Source: Pseudomonadota bacterium | GTDB taxonomy: Bacteria; Pseudomonadota; Gammaproteobacteria; Steroidobacterales; Steroidobacteraceae | NCBI GenBank assembly: GCA_043747835.1 | Contig: JAYTOK010000053.1 | Span: 47,809-111,808, forward strand | Reading direction: 5' to 3' | Length of the DNA stretch: 64,000 nt | Shown: piece by piece, positions 17,651 to 25,157 of the stretch | Layout of the letters: the number at the start of each line of letters is the position of its first letter | Position numbering within the stretch: the first letter of the stretch is position 1 | Notes under the pieces: generated by a model | Database searches by the model: none | What the model was told of the DNA's origin: nothing | What the model saw: the letters and a program-made list of their open reading frames with translations, nothing else | Made by a program: the position numbers and the translations under genes

Positions 17651-19762
17651 TCACTGCACGGCCGCCCCGTCGTAATTCGCGGTCTGGATGGACGACATGA
17701 GCTGCTTCCAGCTCACGCGGCCCTGGTTGCCCACGATGTCGATGCGCGGGATGCCCGCGCCCTTCACGATGTAGTACCCGTTGGGTGCCGCTTCGACGCC
17801 CGACATCGCGCAGACGTCCCCGCGCAATCGACAGGTGATGCCGAGCTTGTCGTAGTTGTACTCGTCGAAGAACTTGAGCACGCCGGATTGCAGCGCCTGC
17901 ACGACGCCGCCACCGCCGCCGCCGACGTTCGACAGACTGCTGACCGCTTTCGCGCTGATGCGGTGCCGCGACGTGTCGCCCGCAGGCGTGGCGAGACGCG
18001 CGTCGAACGCCACGGGCGACCACGCGAACAGCTCGAGCCCCAGGATGTCGGCTTCGAGCTTGCCCGTGATGCTGCCGACCTCGAAAGTCTGCGTGACGAG
18101 ACCGAGATCCAGATCGCGCGCGCGCACGTCCGCGAAAAACTGCGGGAAGTTGCCGAGCGGATCCTGCAGGCGGATGTTGCTGCCGGTGACGCGGCCGCCG
18201 AAGACGTTCGACTCCAAGTTGCCGTCGAAGGTGAGCACGTTGTCCTTCAGCCGCACGCCGGGGATCTGCGCGGCCAGCGTGCCCGAGAACTCGGGCCAGC
18301 CGAATGCCTTCGCGAGCTGGCTCATGCTGATGGGCTCGATCGCTCCCTTGAACGCGACTTCCATGTCCGGCGCGCCGAGGTTGCCCATCACGAAATGGTC
18401 GATCGCCAATGCGCCGTCGAAGATGGGTAGTTTGGTCGGGCGCGTCAGCGCGAAGTTCAGTCCCAGGGAGACGAAATCGATCGTCGCCGCGCCGCCCGAG
18501 AGGCCATACGCACCGCCCTCTGACCAGGAGAGCGTCGACGCGCGCGCGTCGCCGCCGCCCGCGGGCGCCCAGAAAATCTCGCCATTCGTCTTCGTGAGCG
18601 TCAACTGCCCTTTGCGATCGCGCAGGTTGAGATCGCGTGGTGTGAGATGCAGCGAGCTCACGCCGCTGTCGACCAGTGCCACCTCGCCGGTGAGCGAGCC
18701 CGACGTCTCGAGATCGCCCAGGATGCTCGAGGCCAGCACGTTCGCCATGTACGTGCCGTACGCTGCCGGGAACTGCAGCTTCTCGATCGTGACGTCGCCC
18801 GTGAATGCCGGCACGTCGGGCTTCAGGTCCACGACGCCCGCGGCGCGCATGTCCGCGAGGTCGCGCTGCGTGAGATGCAGCGATGCGATGCTAAGCGTGT
18901 CGCCCGCCATCGATCCCTTCAGGGACAGCGCGAGCGGGTTCTTCGTGAAATCGAAGTAGACGATGCTCAGAAAAGTTTCGCCGCGAGTCCCCGCGATGTC
19001 GATCTCGAGATCCGTGCTCGCGCCGCGCGGCTTCGCGCGCAGGCGCGCGGTGACGTCTATCTTCTCGCCGACCAGATCGCCGGCCTCGTTGGTGAAGGCG
19101 ACGTCGTTGAACTTGATGGTGCCATCCGCCTCGATCCCCTTGCCGGCATCGGCAATCGTGCCTTCGATGACTGCTTTGCCATCGGTGGTGAATTCCGCCG
19201 GCAACTTGAACCACGGCTCCGCGAACTTGCGCAACGCGGTGAGTGTCGCGGTGCCGGTACGTGCCTGCGCGCGCCAGCCCGCATCGTCCAGTCGCGCGTC
19301 GATGTCGGCGGTGGTGCCCGCGACCGCAAGTCCGTTGCCCTCGAACGTCGTGACGCCGCTGTCCGTGTTCAACGCGACTTTTACGTTCATGTCGATCGCG
19401 CCCAGCGGCCCGCCGAGTCCGGTGAGCTTGCCCGCAGCGCAGCCGAAGGTGGGCTCGGCGATCACCGGCGCGGTGCACACGAGAGAGAACGATGTGATCG
19501 CGCCGGCGGGGTCGGGGAGCGCCACTCGCCGCGCATTCAGCGTGAGCCGTGTTTGTTTGTCGGACAGCACGTCGAGACGGACGACCGCGCCTTCGGCGGG
19601 TATGCCGGCGACCACGATCTCGCGGACTTCGAGCACGATTGCATCGAGCGCGTGCGCGGTGGGAACGACGCCGCAAACGAGCAGCAAAACGCCTGGCAAC
19701 GTCCAGCGCCGGTGGCTAGAGTGCCGAATCGTGGAATCCTTGAGAGCCAAGCTCGACGTCAT
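17651..19762 (-). CDS. YdbH-like AsmA-family intermembrane lipid-transport protein
   Basis: 703 aa from ATG at 19762 (an alternative ATG is at 19798). N-terminal anchor WTLPGVLLLVCGVV, long beta-rich body, and conserved position upstream of a DUF1318 gene as in E. coli ydbH-ynbE-ydbL. Confidence 0.65.
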   Translation of the reverse strand: MTSSLALKDSTIRHSSHRRWTLPGVLLLVCGVVPTAHALDAIVLEVREIVVAGIPAEGAVVRLDVLSDKQTRLTLNARRVALPDPAGAITSFSLVCTAPVIAEPTFGCAAGKLTGLGGPLGAIDMNVKVALNTDSGVTTFEGNGLAVAGTTADIDARLDDAGWRAQARTGTATLTALRKFAEPWFKLPAEFTTDGKAVIEGTIADAGKGIEADGTIKFNDVAFTNEAGDLVGEKIDVTARLRAKPRGASTDLEIDIAGTRGETFLSIVYFDFTKNPLALSLKGSMAGDTLSIASLHLTQRDLADMRAAGVVDLKPDVPAFTGDVTIEKLQFPAAYGTYMANVLASSILGDLETSGSLTGEVALVDSGVSSLHLTPRDLNLRDRKGQLTLTKTNGEIFWAPAGGGDARASTLSWSEGGAYGLSGGAATIDFVSLGLNFALTRPTKLPIFDGALAIDHFVMGNLGAPDMEVAFKGAIEPISMSQLAKAFGWPEFSGTLAAQIPGVRLKDNVLTFDGNLESNVFGGRVTGSNIRLQDPLGNFPQFFADVRARDLDLGLVTQTFEVGSITGKLEADILGLELFAWSPVAFDARLATPAGDTSRHRISAKAVSSLSNVGGGGGGVVQALQSGVLKFFDEYNYDKLGITCRLRGDVCAMSGVEAAPNGYYIVKGAGIPRIDIVGNQGRVSWKQLMSSIQTANYDGAAVQ

Positions 19763-20639
19763 CGCGGACGATTGTAGCCGCCGCCGCGCGATCCGCATCG
19801 GACGATGGCTGATCGCGGGTGTGCTGGTGGCCACGCTCGCCGCTTGTGGCACGCAATTCGTATACAACCGTCTCGACTGGCTCACCCATTTCTACCTGTC
19901 GAGCCAGGTCTCCCTCGACGGACCGCAGTCGAGCGAGTTGCGCATGAACCTGCGCGATTTCTTCGTCTGGCACCGGCGCACCGAGTTGCCGCGGTATGCA
20001 GGTTTCCTCGAGCGTTTCGCGGGCGCCGCGGGGCGGCCACTCACCCGCGAGCAGATTGCGAACGGCAGCGGCGAGATCGAAAGCTTCGTGCGCACGTCGG
20101 TCTCGCGCGGCGCACCCGACGCCGCGCGGTGGCTGAACGGGCTGCGGGCGCAACAGGTCGACGAACTGTTCGTGAGCTTCGAGAAGAAGGAACAGGAATC
20201 CCGCGACGAGCATTGCGGCGTCGATCCCGCGAAGCGCCGCGAGAGGAGCGTCGAACGTTTCATCGACAACGTCGAGGACTGGACCGGCCGCCTGCGCCGC
20301 GCGCAACGCGAGCTCATCGCGACGCGGCTCGCCCGAACTACCGGCGATCCCTGCCTCGACGTCTCCGCGCAGGAACGTTCGCGCGTCGAGTTTCGCGCGC
20401 TCGTGGATCGTCACCGCGGCCAACCCGATTTCGCCGACCGTATCGCGACGTTCATGACACGGCCCGAGGATCGGTGGGAGCCCGAATACCGCGAGGCCTA
20501 TGCAGCCAACCGCGCGATCATCCTCGAGCTCATGGCCGACCTCGATCAGACGATGAGCCCCGAGCAACGCCGCCGCTCCATCTCCCGATTACGCGATTTC
20601 GCGCATGAGCTGCGCGCCTTGGCCGAGGCACCGTCCTGA
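19731..20639 (+). CDS. DUF6279-like lipoprotein
   Basis: Lipobox LAAC followed by GTQFVYNRLDWL...FFVWHRRTELPRY, as I recall for DUF6279. There is no in-frame ATG. Candidate starts are GTG 19731 or TTG 19740, so the start is uncertain. Confidence 0.55.
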   Translation: MESLRAKLDVIADDCSRRRAIRIGRWLIAGVLVATLAACGTQFVYNRLDWLTHFYLSSQVSLDGPQSSELRMNLRDFFVWHRRTELPRYAGFLERFAGAAGRPLTREQIANGSGEIESFVRTSVSRGAPDAARWLNGLRAQQVDELFVSFEKKEQESRDEHCGVDPAKRRERSVERFIDNVEDWTGRLRRAQRELIATRLARTTGDPCLDVSAQERSRVEFRALVDRHRGQPDFADRIATFMTRPEDRWEPEYREAYAANRAIILELMADLDQTMSPEQRRRSISRLRDFAHELRALAEAPS

Positions 20640-20723
20640 TTTAACGATTTCAGGGGGTTGGAAATAATTCCTTCACACACCTGTCACGCGAGAGACTTGC
20701 TCGTCCTCTAACTTCTCTCACCC

Positions 20724-21269
20724 ATGGGTAGCCACAGCTCATCGATGGGTTCGCTCCTGGCGAGGTTCGACCTCGCCGAATACCGGCTCTGCCGCCGGCT
20801 CAACCGCGGCGTCGACCACACGGTCGTTCGCGTGTTCTTCAAGACCGCGAGCCGTCTCGGCGATGGCGCCATCTGGTACGCGCTCATGCTCGCGCTGCCA
20901 TTCCTCTATCCCGAACTCGGCCTCGAGGTTGCGCTCGTGATGCTCGCGACCAGCGCGGCTGGCCTCGCTGTCTACAAATTCCTCAAGCGCACCTTCGTAC
21001 GCGAGCGGCCGTTCATCCGCCACGCGGGGATTTCGCTCGCGGGCGCACCGCTCGATCGCTACAGCTTTCCGTCCGGCCACACGCTGCACGCGGCCGCCTT
21101 CACCTGGCAGGCCGTCGCGGCGTTTCCGGAGACTGCCTTCGTGCTCGTGCCGCTGGCGCTCGCGATCGCCGCGTCGCGTGTCGTGCTCGGTCTCCACTAC
21201 CCCACCGACGTGCTCGTCGGGGCGTTGTTAGGCATCGCCTCCGGCGTCGTCGGCGCGGCGCTGGTCTGA
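20724..21269 (+). CDS. PAP2-family phosphatase
   Basis: All three PAP2 motifs are present: KRTFVRERP (Kx6RP), SFPSGH and SRVVLGLHYPTD (SRx5Hx3D). Confidence 0.85.
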   Translation: MGSHSSSMGSLLARFDLAEYRLCRRLNRGVDHTVVRVFFKTASRLGDGAIWYALMLALPFLYPELGLEVALVMLATSAAGLAVYKFLKRTFVRERPFIRHAGISLAGAPLDRYSFPSGHTLHAAAFTWQAVAAFPETAFVLVPLALAIAASRVVLGLHYPTDVLVGALLGIASGVVGAALV

Positions 21270-21280
21270 GCACCCGCCGC

Positions 21281-22468
21281 ATGCGGGTCCTCTTCGTCTC
21301 CGACGTCTATTTTCCGCGCGTCAACGGCGTCTCCACGTCGATCCGCACGTTTCGCGGCGATCTCGCTTCGATGGGCGTCGAGACGCTGCTCGTGGCGCCG
21401 TCGTATCCCGGCGCTCCGCCCGACGAGGATCCGAGCGTCTTGCGCGTGCCTTCATCCGGCGTGCCGCTCGATCCCGAGGATCGAAGGTTCCACTTCGGAC
21501 CGCTGAAACGCGTTCTCGATGCCACGCTGGCCGCGCGCGTCGATCTCGTGCACATCCACACCCCCTTCATCGCGCACTACGCGGGCGTGCGGTTCGCGCA
21601 GGAGCATGGGCTGCCCGTGGTCGCGACCTATCACACGTTCTTCGAGGACTACCTGCACCACTACGTGCCCATCCTCCCGCGTGGAATCGGTCGCTGGCTC
21701 GCGCGCCGCTTCACGCTCTCGCAGTGTGACGACGTCGCGGCGCTGATCTCACCCAGCGCGCCGATGCGCGATGCCTTGCTTGCCTATGGCGTGGACACGC
21801 CGATCGAAGTTCTGCCCACCGGGTTACCGGCGATGAGTTATGTCCGCGGCGACGGTTCGCGCTTCCGCCAGAAATTCCAGTTGCCGGGAAAACAGCCGTT
21901 GCTCCTGTACGTAGGCCGCGTGGCATATGAGAAGAACATCGACTTCCTGCTGCGCATGTTCGTGCGCGTGCGGGCGCAGCGGCCCGACGCGGCGTTGGTC
22001 ATCGCGGGGGAGGGGCCGGCACTCCCACACCTCATGAAGCTGTCGCGCACGCTCGGAATCGCGGACGCCGTGCGCTTCATCGGCTACCTCGACCGCCAGA
22101 CCGATCTGCCGGATTGCTATGCGGCGGGAGATGCCTTCGTCTTCGCATCCCGCACGGAAACGCAGGGACTGGTCCTGCTCGAGGCGATGGCGCAGGGCAC
22201 GCCCGTGGTGTCGACCGCGGAGCTCGGCACCCGATCCATCCTCACGCCCGGATGTGGTGCATTCGTCGTCGCGGAAGACGAAGCAGCGTTTGCCGCCGCC
22301 GCGATCGAAGCGCTCTCGCTGGCGCCGGACGATGTCCGTCGCGCGCAGTTGCTCGTCCACGCGGAATCCTGGGCCTCGCAGGCGATGGCGCGCCGGCTGA
22401 TTTCGTTCTACGAGAAAGTGAAGGCGGGTTACGCGCCCGCGGTAGCGGCCTCCGTGGCCCCCGCCTGA
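21281..22468 (+). CDS. GT4-family glycosyltransferase
   Basis: MRVLFVSDVYFPRVNGVSTS N-terminus, and a C-terminal Glycos_transf_1 region with ETQGLVLLEAMAQGTPVV (EX7E-like). Confidence 0.85.
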   Translation: MRVLFVSDVYFPRVNGVSTSIRTFRGDLASMGVETLLVAPSYPGAPPDEDPSVLRVPSSGVPLDPEDRRFHFGPLKRVLDATLAARVDLVHIHTPFIAHYAGVRFAQEHGLPVVATYHTFFEDYLHHYVPILPRGIGRWLARRFTLSQCDDVAALISPSAPMRDALLAYGVDTPIEVLPTGLPAMSYVRGDGSRFRQKFQLPGKQPLLLYVGRVAYEKNIDFLLRMFVRVRAQRPDAALVIAGEGPALPHLMKLSRTLGIADAVRFIGYLDRQTDLPDCYAAGDAFVFASRTETQGLVLLEAMAQGTPVVSTAELGTRSILTPGCGAFVVAEDEAAFAAAAIEALSLAPDDVRRAQLLVHAESWASQAMARRLISFYEKVKAGYAPAVAASVAPA

Positions 22469-22473
22469 ATAAA

Positions 22474-22502
22474 AACGGCGCGGTGAATCACACCGCGCCG
22501 TT
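22474..22502 (-). terminator. intrinsic terminator, U-tract on the minus strand
   Basis: AACGGCGCGGTG-aatca-CACCGCGCCGTT forms a 12-bp perfect stem. The A5 run at 22471-22475 becomes a U-tract only for minus-strand transcripts. Confidence 0.55.
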
Positions 22503-22682
22503 GGTGGGGTGGCTCGCGCCAAGACCCCAGATTGTCAGCTGTAAGAAGCTGTCGACTTCGGCCCGCACGACTCGCTTACCTTCATCGACGCGGGAAACAT
22601 CGACGAGCCGAGTATGCGTCGCGAGTTTTGCGGCTGTGGATCGGTGCATCTCGCAAGTTGCGCCAACCGTGCGCTGGATCAC
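22488..22682 (-). CDS. candidate small DNA-binding (excisionase/AlpA-like HTH) protein, weak
   Basis: 64-codon GTG-initiated ORF ending inside the minus-strand terminator. The segment TCEMHRSTAAKLATH...GKRVVRAEVDSFL loosely resembles AlpA/Xis HTH proteins. Third-position GC is lower than in neighbouring genes. Confidence 0.2.
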   Translation of the reverse strand: MIQRTVGATCEMHRSTAAKLATHTRLVDVSRVDEGKRVVRAEVDSFLQLTIWGLGASHPTNGAV

Positions 22683-22839
22683 ACGGAATTTCGCCGCACA
22701 TCGATGCCGGAAGTTCTTCGAACTCCGTTTCGCACGAAGCTCTGCCGAAGATTGTCTCCATCACCCAACAAGAACGCGCGCAACTCGCGAAACTTGCCGC
22801 TACACTTTCCATAAATCCGGTGTGAGTGAGGCGTTGCTG

Positions 22840-24066
22840 ATGTCATCCAAACGAGCTCTGGTCGTGGACGATTCGAAATCCGCGCGCGCCTTCCTGTCGC
22901 GCATTCTCGAACGTCACGAAATCGCGGTGGATGCCGCCGACTCGGCCGAAGCCGCCATCGAATACCTGACTCGCAACAAGCCCGACGTGATCTTCATGGA
23001 TCACATGATGCCGGGCATGGACGGCTTCCAGGCCGTGCAGTCGATCAAGAACAACCCGCGCACCGCCGCCATCCCCATCCTCATGTACACCTCGCAGGAA
23101 GGCGACCTCTACCTGGGACAGGCGCGCGCCCTGGGCGCCGAAGGCGTGCTGCCCAAGCAGATCAAACAGGCTGACGTGACGAAAATGCTGTTCCAGTTGC
23201 GTCTGGTCAGCGATCGACGCGGAGAGCTGGAGAAATCGGCCTTCACGCGGCTGGGTGCGAATTCCGACCTGCTGTCCGCGAACGAGGCCGCCATGGAGGC
23301 GGCCATCGTCGTACCGCTGCAGCCCGCCGATGCGCCTGCAACGCCTGTTGCGCCGGAAGTTGCCGGGCGCGCAAGCGACGAAGTCGCGAACCTGCTGCCG
23401 CAACTGTCGCTCGAGATTCGCGCGGCGCTCGACACCTCTTTGCGCAAGGAGCTGATCGACCTGCGCGGCTTCCTCGGCACGACACTCGATGCACATGCCG
23501 AGCGCCTGCAAGGCGATCTCGCGACATTGCTGCCGCCGTCGCGCGCGCCCGATGTCGACATGCCGACGATGATCGGCGAGCGTCGCGCGTGGGGAGCGAT
23601 CGTCGGCTGGTCGTTCGCGCTGCTCGCCGCCGGTTGCGCGGCCTTCACGACCTGGCTCTGGTGGAATCAGGGCGGCGAAATCGCCGCGCTGCGCACGGAT
23701 CTCGCCGCGGCTTATGCCGAGGCGGAAACGCTGCGCGCGCGACCACCAGTAGTTAGCGTGCCGGCACCGGTCGAAGCCCCGGGTGCGGTGTCGCCGGACG
23801 CGTTGGTTCCGGAAGGCGCGCTGGCCGAAGGGGTCGCTGCATCGGCGGCGCCCGCGGATCCCGCGTCGCTCGCGGATCCCGCGGCCGCGACGTTTGCCGT
23901 TGCACCTCCGAACTCCAGGACGACACCTGCCGCTGCCGGGTCCCAGACGCCTGCGGTTTCGCCCGCGCCGGCCCCCGCCGCGACCGCGGCGCCGGTGACA
24001 GTGGCGCCAGCAAACACGCCGCCGGCGACCCCGGCCGCATCGGCGCATCCCGCGCAGGCGCAGTGA
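22840..24066 (+). CDS. response regulator receiver protein with TM helix and Pro/Ala-rich C-terminal tail
   Basis: Track ORF 22114..24066 trimmed to MSSKRALVVDDSKSARAF. CheY-like receiver (DD...D in VIFMDHMMPGMDG...K in LPKQ). TM segment AIVGWSFALLAAGCAAFTTWLWW. Low-complexity P/A tail. Confidence 0.8.
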   Translation: MSSKRALVVDDSKSARAFLSRILERHEIAVDAADSAEAAIEYLTRNKPDVIFMDHMMPGMDGFQAVQSIKNNPRTAAIPILMYTSQEGDLYLGQARALGAEGVLPKQIKQADVTKMLFQLRLVSDRRGELEKSAFTRLGANSDLLSANEAAMEAAIVVPLQPADAPATPVAPEVAGRASDEVANLLPQLSLEIRAALDTSLRKELIDLRGFLGTTLDAHAERLQGDLATLLPPSRAPDVDMPTMIGERRAWGAIVGWSFALLAAGCAAFTTWLWWNQGGEIAALRTDLAAAYAEAETLRARPPVVSVPAPVEAPGAVSPDALVPEGALAEGVAASAAPADPASLADPAAATFAVAPPNSRTTPAAAGSQTPAVSPAPAPAATAAPVTVAPANTPPATPAASAHPAQAQ

Positions 24067-25073
24067 CCGGGACGTTCGTCGGCACGTTTCGACCGCGCCG
24101 CTGGCTGCGCAGCCGGCATCTTCAGACGATCCTGCCCAACTGGCCGGCGCGCCGCGCGCGCGTCGAGCGGCGCGCCGTTCCGATGGTCTCGGCGAGCCTC
24201 GAAATGCTGCTCGACTGCGGCGATGGCGTGACGCTGCAGGCTTTCCACTCGAGCCAGACGAAGCTTGGACGCGAGCCTGGCAAACGCGTGGCCGTGCTGC
24301 TGCACGGCTGGGAAGGCAGCGCCGACTCCACCTATCTTCTGTCGCTCGCGCAGACTTTTTTCGACCAGGGTCTCGAGGTCGTGCGCCTGAATCTGCGGGA
24401 TCACGGCGCCACGCACCACCTGAATCGCGACCTGTTCCATTCCTGCCGGCTTCCCGAAGTCGTCGGCGCGGTGCAGGCGATCGCGCGCCGCTTTCCGGAT
24501 TCGCCCCTCGTGCTCGCGGGGTACTCGCTGGGCGGAAATTTCATGCTGCGCGTCGCGTCCCACGCGGAGGCGAAGCATTTATCGATCGAACGCGTGATCG
24601 CGATCTCGCCGTTGCTCGACCCCGCGGTCACGATGCTCACGCTCGAACGCGGCTTTCCCGTCTACCACGCCTATTTCGTGCGCAAATGGAGCCGATCGCT
24701 CGGCATCAAACAAGCCGCATGGCCCGGGCACTACGACTTCGACGATCTCGTTCGCACGAAGAGCCTGCGCCAGATGACGAACGATCTCGTGCTCGCGCAC
24801 ACTGACTACCCGAACATCGATGCCTACCTCGCGGGCTACGCGATCACGGGCGACCGTCTGACAACCCTCTCGGCGCCCGCCACTGTGCTCACCGCCCTCG
24901 ACGATCCGATCATCGAGCATGCGGACCTGACTCGGCTCGCCCGCTCGCCCCGCCTCGACATCCTGACGACGGCGCACGGCGGACACTGCGGCTTCATCGA
25001 GAGTCTGGGCGGCAACGACACCTGGGTGGACTCCCAGGTCGTGGGTTTGTTGTCGCGTAACCCGGACAGCTAG
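24063..25073 (+). CDS. YheT-type alpha/beta hydrolase
   Basis: GTG start in a GTGA overlap with the response regulator stop. HGWEGS and GYSLGG nucleophile elbow. Confidence 0.8.
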   Translation: MTGTFVGTFRPRRWLRSRHLQTILPNWPARRARVERRAVPMVSASLEMLLDCGDGVTLQAFHSSQTKLGREPGKRVAVLLHGWEGSADSTYLLSLAQTFFDQGLEVVRLNLRDHGATHHLNRDLFHSCRLPEVVGAVQAIARRFPDSPLVLAGYSLGGNFMLRVASHAEAKHLSIERVIAISPLLDPAVTMLTLERGFPVYHAYFVRKWSRSLGIKQAAWPGHYDFDDLVRTKSLRQMTNDLVLAHTDYPNIDAYLAGYAITGDRLTTLSAPATVLTALDDPIIEHADLTRLARSPRLDILTTAHGGHCGFIESLGGNDTWVDSQVVGLLSRNPDS

Positions 25074-25157
25074 GCACCCACGAGCGACTGTGCTGAGCTG
25101 CTAACAACCCCGAAGACGGCCCGTCTTCAAGAGGGGAATGGCTCGGAGGTTTCTCGT

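Noticed and set aside
22114-22839. 242-codon N-terminal extension of the response regulator ORF
   Set aside because: It overlaps the 3' end of the glycosyltransferase gene and then crosses the intergenic gap. The receiver domain begins right at ATG 22840.
22843-24048. 401-aa minus-strand ORF
   Set aside because: It is antisense to the response regulator gene and its sequence is Arg-rich junk.
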